Position numbers and translations under genes: made by a program. Shown here one piece after another: positions 1 to 8,002 of a DNA stretch of 52,268 nucleotides (positions are counted from its first letter, which is position 1; every line of letters starts with the position of its first letter). Below the pieces are notes generated by a model. It did not search any database and was not told the origin of the DNA. It saw only the letters and a list, made by a program, of their open reading frames with translations. This stretch comes from a virus (taxonomy: Duplodnaviria > Caudoviricetes). The stretch lies in the IMG/VR virus record IMGVR_UViG_3300043777_000338, positions 1-52,268 of that record. One strand, 5' to 3'.

Positions 1-127
1 AATTTGCAATCGATCAAATCATCTGGAGGAAAAGTAGCAACAGACTTATTCAAACAAATGATAAGACAAGCTGCGCCAAGCGAAGTGTTAACTCCGGATG
101 CATTTGATTTCGTTGCTAAAAATTTTG
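1..127 (+). repeat. Terminal direct repeat, copy 1 (circularisation overlap)
   Basis: 1-127 (aatttgcaatcgatc...gctaaaaattttg) is identical to 52142-52268. Confidence 0.97.
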
Positions 128-384
128 AAGAAGATTTTAAATCCAAAATGGGAAAAACACAACTTCGTGAAAAAGGTTTGATTAATGGTTATTATATCCC
201 AGAAGAAGAAAATTGGGCTCAGCAAGAAGTTGCGTCAGAAGCTGCGCCGGTTTCAGAAGTGGTTCCTCCAAAAATTTCGCAAAATGTGGTTACGATGCAA
301 ACGCCAGATGGCCAAACTTGGCAGATTCCAAAAGCTAATGTAGAAGCAGCAAAAGCCAGAGGAGCAGTGGAAATTGCCAAATAA
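1..384 (+). CDS. 3' part of the virion/ejection protein gene that starts at 51305 and crosses the circular junction
   Basis: Frame 1 (NLQSIKSSGG...) continues the frame that is open from ATG 51305. Joined length is about 406 aa. Confidence 0.85.
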   Translation, partial: NLQSIKSSGGKVATDLFKQMIRQAAPSEVLTPDAFDFVAKNFEEDFKSKMGKTQLREKGLINGYYIPEEENWAQQEVASEAAPVSEVVPPKISQNVVTMQTPDGQTWQIPKANVEAAKARGAVEIAK

Positions 385-2524
385 ATACGATCTTTCAGAT
401 TTAGTTACGGCACCTTCTGGAAATGAAGCTCAGAATTATAATCTTGCAGATTTATCATCCCCGACTTCTCAAAAAGAAATGGGACTTCCTCAACAAGCGG
501 CGATTCTAGGAAAATCTGCAACTGCTGGTGCTCTTGGAGCTATTCCTGATATAGCTTCAATGATATACAACATTCCTGCAATGGTTTCTAATTATAAAAG
601 TAAACTTCTTCAACAAGCAGCAGAGCGTTATCCTGAATCATTAGAAATGATTAAAAAAGCTCATCCTGAGTTCGAGATTCCACATGCGCCGCTTATTCCT
701 TCTGCTACAGAAGCAATTGAACATGGAATTGATATCGGCACCGGTGGATATACAGAAACTCCTAAAGAGGGTGCATTAAAGCATATCGCTGAAGGTGCAA
801 AATTCGCTGGTTCTTTGGCAGGCCCTGGAGGGGTAGCGAAAGCAGCAGAGAAATTCGGAGCGCCACTCGCGGCAAAAGCTATAGGCGCAATTGGCGCTAC
901 AAAACCATCTGAATTGGTAGGAGCTGGGACTGCTGGAACTGGAATGAGTATGGCTCAAGAAGATTTGGGTCCATTAGGCGCATTAGGTGTGGGCTTGGTC
1001 TCAGGAGCCGGTGCGCAGAAGGCTGCATCTGGGTTGAGTAAAGTTGCAAAAGCTCCTGGCGAAGAAACCATTGGAAGAGTTCTATCTCTTCGTGCAAAAC
1101 CAAATGAAAATCTTATAAAAGAAGCTAAAGAAGCAGGCGTAGATCTTCCATTTAATGTAAAACTTGATAGTGATATAGCTCATTTAATGGCTAACTCAGC
1201 TCTTAAAGGAATAGCTACCAGCAAAAAATATAAAGATACAATTAAAAAAGCTGATCAAAGTATGATTAATGCAGTTGTTAAAAATATTGAATCTATTCAT
1301 CCAGAAAAATTAGGAAAAGAAGAAGCGTCTCAAGCTTATCGAGAACAAATGCATAAAACTATGGATGAAATTCAAAAAGAATCAAGTCAGTTATACGATA
1401 AGGCTAGAACTCATCTTCAACCTACAGATGTTGTGGCACCTAGTCACACTATTAATGCTATGAAAGATCTAAGATCTAAACTTTCTGCAGATGTTCCTTC
1501 GTCAGATATGAAATTTATGTTAAAGAAACTTTCTGATTTAGAAGATGCTTGGGGATTAAAAACTCCATCTCTTGAAAGATTTAATCTAGGAAAAGAACTA
1601 ACGCCACAGAAACAACAAATATTGGCAGCGCTGGGAAAATCATCATCAGTAGTTCCATTAGATAAGCTTGTTCAGCAACGCTCCGCATTCATGAGGGACA
1701 TCCAATATGGCGAAGAAGCTAAAGGTGCTAAAGGATTTATGAACTCATTAATTGGTGCTATCGATAAAGATATTGCTTCAACTTCAAATAAAGATTTCTT
1801 AAATAACTGGCGTGCTGCGAATCAATATTTTAAAGAAGAAGTTGCCGATAAAATTCGAACTGACTTTGCTGAATCCTTGAGCAAAAAAGAAATGCCCAAA
1901 TTAGCTTATTCATTCATGAATACGCCAGAAAGAATCAATGAATTGCACAAAATCATTGGCGACTCACCTGCTTCTAAGCAAGTTATGCAAGCATTAAAAA
2001 GATCTAAACTACAAGAAACAGTAATAGATCGAGTTATGAATTCTGATGGGACATTAAGTTATGCAAATTTAGCAAATTTATTTAATAAAAAAAGCCCTCA
2101 GCAAGGAATGTTAAAATCCTTATTAGGAAAAGAAGCATATGAAAATATGCAAAAGCTTGGAAATGTGGCGGCAGCACAAGTTAAAGCTGGAAAGACATTA
2201 GCCAATCCCAGCGGGACAGCTATTACTCAACAAGAATTTAAAAAAATTGGCGCTGCAATGGGAGCGCTTCTTGGTGCGGGTATTGGAACAGGGCATGCTT
2301 TAGCAAGTGTCGGTACTGCGGCTGGTTTAATAGGAACGCCATATGTTATATCGAGAATGCTTGCTAATCCTAAGTACGTAGATTCCGCTGTAAAATTCGC
2401 AACAGCGCGCCAACACAATAAGTTAAAAGATGCATCAAAATATCAAACATATATGCGTCAGATTTTCTTAAAGCAAATTGCACCACAATTAAGGGAAGTT
2501 GCAAAGCCAGAGAAAGAAGAGTAG
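374..2524 (+). CDS. Large Ala/Gly-rich helical protein, probable internal virion/DNA-ejection protein
   Basis: 716 aa, last gene of the structural operon, with Gly/Ala-rich hydrophobic segments typical of podovirus ejection proteins. TTG start after GGAG. Confidence 0.6.
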   Translation: MPNKYDLSDLVTAPSGNEAQNYNLADLSSPTSQKEMGLPQQAAILGKSATAGALGAIPDIASMIYNIPAMVSNYKSKLLQQAAERYPESLEMIKKAHPEFEIPHAPLIPSATEAIEHGIDIGTGGYTETPKEGALKHIAEGAKFAGSLAGPGGVAKAAEKFGAPLAAKAIGAIGATKPSELVGAGTAGTGMSMAQEDLGPLGALGVGLVSGAGAQKAASGLSKVAKAPGEETIGRVLSLRAKPNENLIKEAKEAGVDLPFNVKLDSDIAHLMANSALKGIATSKKYKDTIKKADQSMINAVVKNIESIHPEKLGKEEASQAYREQMHKTMDEIQKESSQLYDKARTHLQPTDVVAPSHTINAMKDLRSKLSADVPSSDMKFMLKKLSDLEDAWGLKTPSLERFNLGKELTPQKQQILAALGKSSSVVPLDKLVQQRSAFMRDIQYGEEAKGAKGFMNSLIGAIDKDIASTSNKDFLNNWRAANQYFKEEVADKIRTDFAESLSKKEMPKLAYSFMNTPERINELHKIIGDSPASKQVMQALKRSKLQETVIDRVMNSDGTLSYANLANLFNKKSPQQGMLKSLLGKEAYENMQKLGNVAAAQVKAGKTLANPSGTAITQQEFKKIGAAMGALLGAGIGTGHALASVGTAAGLIGTPYVISRMLANPKYVDSAVKFATARQHNKLKDASKYQTYMRQIFLKQIAPQLREVAKPEKEE

Positions 2525-2669
2525 AGTTGCATTTATGCAACAGCGTGGAAATATATCATCAATGACTTGCAAATCATGTTGATATATATTTATAACTAAT
2601 AGTATCCATCAACATCTCAAGAAAAGACGATGGTGGGTTATTTTTTTTAAAATATGAAAGGAACATAAT

Positions 2670-3344
2670 ATGAAAACATCTCTTTTATTAAGCGCGTCAG
2701 CTCTTATCGCGTCATGTGGAGTAGCCACCGCAGAAACAGCTACCAAAAATGCATCATCTACTGGAATTTATTTCGGACTGCATGGAGCGCTTGCACAAGG
2801 AAATAACAAGCATAAATCTCAGAATTTTGATAACAGCGTTGAACACAGAGGGCGTTCAGGAATGAAGGGTGGTCACGGTGGATTGCATCTTGGTTTCCAA
2901 AAAAGTTTTTCTAATAATTTAGTCTGCGGCATAGAAGGTGGCACGCATCTCGGAAGAACTAATGCTGGTAAGACTACTAATGTTTCTGGTGATTCTCATA
3001 AGACTTCTTTTACCAGGAAGCACGGAGTTCACATTTCTACAAAACTGGGATATGAACTTAATTCTTGGGTTCCTTATTTCCGCGTTGGTTATGATTCTTC
3101 TAAATTTACCAGCAAGACACAATTAAAAAGCAAGCCGCAAGCATCTAAGTCAAAAAGAATGGACGGATTAATGCTTGGTTTTGGTCTTGAGACGCAAATT
3201 AAGAGCATGATTGTTGGTGTTGAATGGGTTCACACGCTTTATGAAACTCAAAAATTCAACAAAAAGACAAACGCACACAGAATTAACGACAAAAATTCAG
3301 CAAAAATCGGAGACTTTAAAATCCGCTTAAGCTACAAAGTGTAA
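2670..3344 (+). CDS. Outer-membrane beta-barrel protein (OmpA-transmembrane/Omp25-like)
   Basis: Signal peptide, beta-strand motifs (GIYFGLHG, KLGYE, PYFRVGY, GFGLE, VGVEW) and a C-terminal beta-signal RLSYKV. Confidence 0.85.
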   Translation: MKTSLLLSASALIASCGVATAETATKNASSTGIYFGLHGALAQGNNKHKSQNFDNSVEHRGRSGMKGGHGGLHLGFQKSFSNNLVCGIEGGTHLGRTNAGKTTNVSGDSHKTSFTRKHGVHISTKLGYELNSWVPYFRVGYDSSKFTSKTQLKSKPQASKSKRMDGLMLGFGLETQIKSMIVGVEWVHTLYETQKFNKKTNAHRINDKNSAKIGDFKIRLSYKV

Positions 3345-3369
3345 CTTAAATATCACTAATCAAGAGAAT

Positions 3370-3400
3370 GGACTTAGAAAATTTCTAAGTCCTTTTTTTT
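3370..3400 (+). terminator. Rho-independent terminator of the OMP gene
   Basis: Inverted repeat ggacttagaaa-a-tttctaagtcc followed by T8. Confidence 0.85.
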
Positions 3401-3436
3401 GTTGTTGATTTTCATTAAAAGTTTTGTATTATGCAC

Positions 3437-3597
3437 GTGAAGGTATTCTCCTGTTAAGATTATATCTTCAATTGAAGGTGTCGTGTTTTTTTTGGTCACA
3501 AAGAATCGTTCGCACGACACCTTCTTTCCCTTCTAAAGAGATTCATTGAGAGAATATGTCATTGATTATGCGCATATTCTCTCATGATTTTTTTTAT
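3437..3597 (+). ncRNA. Candidate small RNA 1 (anti-Shine-Dalgarno loop)
   Basis: TTGATT-N16-TATTAT promoter (3405-3432); stem 3438-3446/3462-3470 whose loop shows UCUCCU; perfect 12-bp stem 3474-3485/3513-3524; 12-bp stem 3547-3558/3573-3584 followed by a T tract; no ORF. Confidence 0.55.
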
Positions 3598-3986
3598 TTT
3601 TTCTTAGAAGTATGAATAGCGACTTTTTGCGGTTGTAACTCTTTAGGAAGATTTCGCTCGATATTTATCTGCAAAAGGCCATCTTTTAAATAGGCATCCT
3701 TAACTTCCATATGATCTTTTAGATTTCTTTGCCAAATCGGATTGAAATCAAAAAATCTTTCATCGTCTTCTTCTTCGAGAATCATAACTGTTAAATTATT
3801 TTTATTTTTTGTAATTTCTAGATTCTTTTCTGAAATTCCTGGGACAGGTAGAATTATTCTATAATTATTATCATCGATCTTTTTTTCTATAGATGGAAAT
3901 TCAGCTCTGGCACCAAGAGAAGGGCGACAATCTGCGGGAGCTAAAAGCTGTGGTTTATTTAGATGTGGTTGTATATCAAGTCTCAT
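3594..3986 (-). CDS. Small heat-shock protein (Hsp20, IbpA-like)
   Basis: Alpha-crystallin motifs NYRIILPVPG, LEIT, AYLKDGLLQINIER and a C-terminal VAI motif; strong SD AGGAGG. Confidence 0.88.
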   Translation of the reverse strand: MRLDIQPHLNKPQLLAPADCRPSLGARAEFPSIEKKIDDNNYRIILPVPGISEKNLEITKNKNNLTVMILEEEDDERFFDFNPIWQRNLKDHMEVKDAYLKDGLLQINIERNLPKELQPQKVAIHTSKKK

Positions 3987-4044
3987 TTCTATCCTCCTAT
4001 GAGCAATAGTTTATATTATGAAAGCCTTATATAAGCACTTTCAT
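3987..4044 (-). promoter_or_regulatory. ROSE-like RNA thermometer in the sHSP 5' UTR
   Basis: Minus-strand RNA CUAUUGCUCAUAGGAGGAUAG (4009-3989): UUGCU pairs with the SD leaving a bulged G, which is the ROSE hallmark. A second hairpin lies upstream at 4044-4018. Confidence 0.75.
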
Positions 4045-4048
4045 CAAC

Positions 4049-4077
4049 ATTATAAATAAAGATTAAGAAATGATCAA
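4049..4077 (-). promoter_or_regulatory. Sigma70-type promoter of the sHSP gene
   Basis: Minus strand TTGATC-N17-TATAAT. Confidence 0.65.
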
Positions 4078-4099
4078 TTTGTTTTTATGCAATGACTTT

Positions 4100-4354
4100 T
4101 TAAAACTCTGGTTCTTCATCTAAATGAATAGGATTAAATGGCATAACCGTTGAAATAGCATGCTTATAAACTAACTGAGAATGTCCATCGCGCATTAAAA
4201 GAATCGAAAAATTATCGAACCATGTGATGATTCCTTGTAATTTAATGCCACTTATTAAAAAAAGTGTAATATGTTCTTTTTCTTTTCGAATTTTGTTAAG
4301 AAAAGTCTCTTGTAAATTTTGATTCTTTTCTATGATTATTTTCTCTTTTTTCAT
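4100..4354 (-). CDS. hfq: RNA chaperone Hfq (alphaproteobacterial type)
   Basis: QNLQETFLN..., [23 protein letters not shown]...[14 protein letters not shown] (Sm1 and Sm2 motifs), acidic tail, SD AGGAGA. Confidence 0.96.
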   Translation of the reverse strand: MKKEKIIIEKNQNLQETFLNKIRKEKEHITLFLISGIKLQGIITWFDNFSILLMRDGHSQLVYKHAISTVMPFNPIHLDEEPEF

Positions 4355-4375
4355 TATTGTTCTCCTAAAATAAAT

Positions 4376-4398
4376 GGAGAGGCATTAAATGCCTCTCC
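4376..4398. terminator. Hairpin between integrase and hfq (terminator or hfq leader structure)
   Basis: Perfect inverted repeat ggagaggcatt-a-aatgcctctcc, followed on the minus strand by ATTTATTTT and then the hfq SD. Confidence 0.55.
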
Positions 4399-4438
4399 TG
4401 TATTATAACTGTATTTTTCCTTTTAATAAAGTTAAGTA

Positions 4439-5623
4439 CTATGCAAATATTTCTGCTACTTTATTCGATTCTTTCTGTAAGAATTCATTCTCTAAATGCA
4501 CATATCGCATAGTTGTTTTAATATCTGCATGACCCAAAAGGCCAGCCACAGTGGTTATGCTAGCTCCCCCTTTTATTGCAAAGCTTGCAAATGAATGACG
4601 TATATCATGAATCCTAAAATTTTCAAGGCCAATCTCATTTTTTACACGTCGCCATAAATTATCAATATTTTTTAAATGTTGATTTTCTTTTTGTCCGCAA
4701 AAAACATAAGGATTGTTAAATTGTCGTTTAACTTTTTTCAGCGCTTCTAAAGCTCTTGCGTTAAGTGGGATAGTTCTTGCTCCACTCCTTTTCATTGTTT
4801 TATGTTCTTTGAGATAAATAAAATTATTTTCAAATTGAATATTTTCCCATTTAAGCTTGAGAATTTCATTTTTTCTAGCTCCTGTGTAAAGTAAGAGACG
4901 CAAAGCTAAAACGGTATAAGGATTTTTTTCTTCGCGCCGACTAAGCGCATCCTCCAATTTTCTTAATTCATGTTCACGAAGAAAATTTTGCATTTTGCGT
5001 AAGGGAATGAGTTTTACTCCTTTGCAAGGATTGATAGCATCTTGAGGAAGAAACTCCCATTCAATAGCTTTGTTAAATATTGCAGAAATCAATTTTATAC
5101 AAGTGCTTCTATTTTCTTTTCCTTCATTTGAGGAATTTAAAAAATCTCTTATGTTTTTACTTTGAATTTCTTTTAATTTCATTTTTCCAAAAAAAGGAAG
5201 TATATGAACTTTTATTCTAGATCGATTTGTATTTAAGGAGCCCACGGAATATTCTAATAACATATACTTTTCCTCAAAAATATTTAAAAACTCAGAAAAC
5301 AATAAATTTTCTATTGTTGGTTTTGACTCTGGTATTTTTTGTTTTAGCTCTTGTTTGTAGGATTTCGGATCGATTCCTTTCAAGATATCAGCACTCCAGA
5401 GTTTTGCGGTTTTTCGTGCTTCGTCTATAGAAATTTGTCCGTGCGATCCTATTTTTACCGCACAGGATTTTAAAGATCCTGGCAGCCGATAATGGAACAC
5501 ATATCCAATTTTTCCTTTAGGGCTAATTCGGCATCCAAATCCCTTGATTTCATCATCCCAAATGTGAAATTCTTTGTTTTGGGGTCTTATGTCCTTGATC
5601 CGTCCCGCTGTTAGCTTTGCCAT
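4439..5623 (-). CDS. int: Tyrosine integrase with N-terminal arm-binding domain
   Basis: Catalytic motifs YTGAR, HDIRH, LLGH and RY; N-terminal WDDEIKGFGCRI. Start moved from 5695 to ATG 5623 (MAKLT) behind AAAGGA. Confidence 0.95.
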   Translation of the reverse strand: MAKLTAGRIKDIRPQNKEFHIWDDEIKGFGCRISPKGKIGYVFHYRLPGSLKSCAVKIGSHGQISIDEARKTAKLWSADILKGIDPKSYKQELKQKIPESKPTIENLLFSEFLNIFEEKYMLLEYSVGSLNTNRSRIKVHILPFFGKMKLKEIQSKNIRDFLNSSNEGKENRSTCIKLISAIFNKAIEWEFLPQDAINPCKGVKLIPLRKMQNFLREHELRKLEDALSRREEKNPYTVLALRLLLYTGARKNEILKLKWENIQFENNFIYLKEHKTMKRSGARTIPLNARALEALKKVKRQFNNPYVFCGQKENQHLKNIDNLWRRVKNEIGLENFRIHDIRHSFASFAIKGGASITTVAGLLGHADIKTTMRYVHLENEFLQKESNKVAEIFA

Positions 5624-5648
5624 TTTATTTTCCTTTGTTGTTTTAAAA

Positions 5649-5903
5649 TTTGTTAGCAAACATTTGTTAACAAATAGCCGTGGATAGGTCAACAAAAATT
5701 TTTTTTAAAAAAAGAAAACAAGTTAAAACCATTGACAGAAAACAACTTTCAAAATGCTTTAAAAAGAATAAAAAACATAGGAAGTTGATTCATCGGATCA
5801 AAAACAATAACACCAAAAAATGATAGCTAATCGTTAATTTAAGCCATTTTCAAAAATCTAAAAAAACTCAAAATAAAATTTGTTACCACAATTTGTTAAC
5901 ATA
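5649..5903. other. Candidate attP
   Basis: Paired TTTGTTA(G/A/C)CA repeats at about 5649-5672 and 5879-5901 flank an inverted core TTGAT-N7-ATCAA at 5785-5801, directly upstream of the integrase. Confidence 0.5.
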
Positions 5904-5998
5904 CCCAAAAAAATCAAACAAAAAACACACCAATCAAATTCGCAAAAACTTTTGCAAAGCTTCAAAAAAGTGTAGAAAAATTTTTTTTATGCCCCATA

Positions 5999-6817
5999 AT
6001 GGCTGCAGTTAATTTTCACACAGGGAGAGCATTCGTGAAATTAAACTTGAACACAGGGTTTTTGCTATTCGCGAGGAAATTTACAAAAGAGGATTTAAAG
6101 GCGTCAGAAATTTTTAGTATCATTCATGAATATTTTTTTAATTACAAAGATATCACCCGAAAAGTTTATGAATCTAAGATTGCAGAGGGAATGGCTCTAG
6201 AGTTGCCTATCAATGACTCTGGAGACGGTATTTTTTATAATCTCAAAGAAAGACACGCTCTATTTCGAGGGCTTGTTTCAGAAGAAGACAAAAAATATAT
6301 GAAATTGGAATTGCTAAAAAAAGAAAAAATCATTAACTCTGTGCGCCTTTTTAAGCAAATGTTAATAGAACATGAAATAGAATTTCATTTAATAAATAGG
6401 AAAAATGACAAATTCAGCATAGTTTCTTCGTCTAATATTTTTTCAATCAAAGAAGATTTCACGGAAATTCTTTCAAATAATTTTGAATCTTATCAAGATT
6501 GCGACATCAAATATCATGAAGATACTTTAATCCAATCGATAGAAATATTTTTTGGAGATTTTAAAGGCCAAAATCCGAATTATAAAATTTATCGAGAAGA
6601 TGAATATGTTGATACAGTTATGAAGCTGTTCGCTGAAGATGATGTGCTTAAAATTTTAAAAGATTATCCTAATGATGAAGATTGGCAAGACCACACTGGT
6701 GATGGAAGTAAGGTGGCTATATGCGTTCATCGTCTTTATGGTTTAAAGCTTACTGTCGTAAAAAATTTTATAATGCCGATGATACGTTCTCAACGACGAA
6801 AATTTTCGGGAGAATAA
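5999..6817 (+). CDS. Hypothetical protein
   Basis: 272-aa ORF divergent from the integrase; no motif recognised. Confidence 0.7.
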   Translation: MAAVNFHTGRAFVKLNLNTGFLLFARKFTKEDLKASEIFSIIHEYFFNYKDITRKVYESKIAEGMALELPINDSGDGIFYNLKERHALFRGLVSEEDKKYMKLELLKKEKIINSVRLFKQMLIEHEIEFHLINRKNDKFSIVSSSNIFSIKEDFTEILSNNFESYQDCDIKYHEDTLIQSIEIFFGDFKGQNPNYKIYREDEYVDTVMKLFAEDDVLKILKDYPNDEDWQDHTGDGSKVAICVHRLYGLKLTVVKNFIMPMIRSQRRKFSGE

Positions 6818-6978
6818 TTTACAAATTTTGACTTCTTCGTCACAATTCTTCAAAAATATTTTCTCTGCAAACCCGCATTAACTCAAAAATCTTTTTCTTT
6901 TTCATTTTCATGAATTTCTAAATGTGATTTCCTCAAAAAACTAATAATGCGTTAGAAAATATTAAAAAGGAGAAACAG

Positions 6979-7230
6979 ATGGATAATAATCCTGATGACA
7001 AGAACAATGTAGAAGACATTCCTTCTATAAAGATTATTGAAAAAAGAGAACCAGTGTATCTGACAGCTCGAGAAGCTGCTGCGAAACTGAGATATTCTCT
7101 CGATACTCTTTATGGTTTGAAATACAGAAAAAAAGGCCCTCCTTTTCATAAAGCGGGAGGCAAGCTTTTATACGATCAAGACGAACTAATAGAATATATA
7201 AAAAGCCATAAAACAAGTTTTAGCAAATAA
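6979..7230 (+). CDS. Excisionase-like winged-helix (HTH_17/AlpA-type) protein
   Basis: YLTAREAAAKLRYSLDTLY...GPPFHKAGGKLLYDQDEL; strong SD AAGGAG. Confidence 0.8.
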   Translation: MDNNPDDKNNVEDIPSIKIIEKREPVYLTAREAAAKLRYSLDTLYGLKYRKKGPPFHKAGGKLLYDQDELIEYIKSHKTSFSK

Positions 7231-7246
7231 AGAAAGGATAAAACAA

Positions 7247-7648
7247 ATGGAAATTCATTTAAATGATAATATAACAAAAGAAGATAATTTTCTAAAAGCG
7301 ATTGAAATAAGCTATATTAATTTAGAAAGACAAATAAGAATAAAAAGAGCAGCTGCCTATATGATTCTCGCCTGGAAAACGAATTGTGAAGAATATCTTG
7401 ATGGAATTGAAGATATTAATAATGAGTATCTTTTTACTGAAGCGGAATTAAGAAGAATTTTTAATGTAGTTCCTCAAAGAGAAGATTTATTTAAATCAAT
7501 TCTTGATAAATATGCTGGAAATTGCATTTATCCAATTAATCATACTCATTATTTTTCTTTGCCTAAAATAATTGAAAGCTACTGGGTTTTAGAAAGAATC
7601 GTTCCATTAACATTCTTTTGGGAAAAGGGGGAATTTTGCTATGAATAA
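7247..7648 (+). CDS. Hypothetical protein
   Basis: 133-aa ORF with SD in the early operon. Confidence 0.7.
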   Translation: MEIHLNDNITKEDNFLKAIEISYINLERQIRIKRAAAYMILAWKTNCEEYLDGIEDINNEYLFTEAELRRIFNVVPQREDLFKSILDKYAGNCIYPINHTHYFSLPKIIESYWVLERIVPLTFFWEKGEFCYE

Positions 7649-7979
7649 ACCAGAGGAAGAATCATCTGCATTAAAAAGAACAAGATTTTATATAAAGCAT
7701 GGAAGACAAATGCTCTTATATTTAAGTGAATTTTATAAATCTTTGGATGAAATGTTGGCAGGAATTGAAAAATTAGACAAATCCTCCGGTAAGATAATGA
7801 TCTTTTTTACAACTAAGGAATTAGCCGACGCTTTGCATAGTAATAATCCAGAAGATTTAGAAACTATGTTGTTAAAATATGGAGCAAAAAAAATACATAA
7901 CAATGGAACTGCAAGATACGAATTATTAGATATATTAATTTGTCTTAATAATATTTTTCAAAATATATTAAAAATCTGA
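7641..7979 (+). CDS. Hypothetical protein (possible degenerate winged helix)
   Basis: 112 aa, overlaps the previous gene; FTTKELADAL segment. Confidence 0.65.
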   Translation: MNKPEEESSALKRTRFYIKHGRQMLLYLSEFYKSLDEMLAGIEKLDKSSGKIMIFFTTKELADALHSNNPEDLETMLLKYGAKKIHNNGTARYELLDILICLNNIFQNILKI

Positions 7980-8002
7980 ATTTTTATTAAAAAGGTATAA
8001 AA

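Noticed and set aside
5624-5695. 24-aa N-terminal extension of the integrase
   Set aside because: It overlaps the arm-like repeats, and the ATG at 5623 has the SD and a typical MAKLT start.
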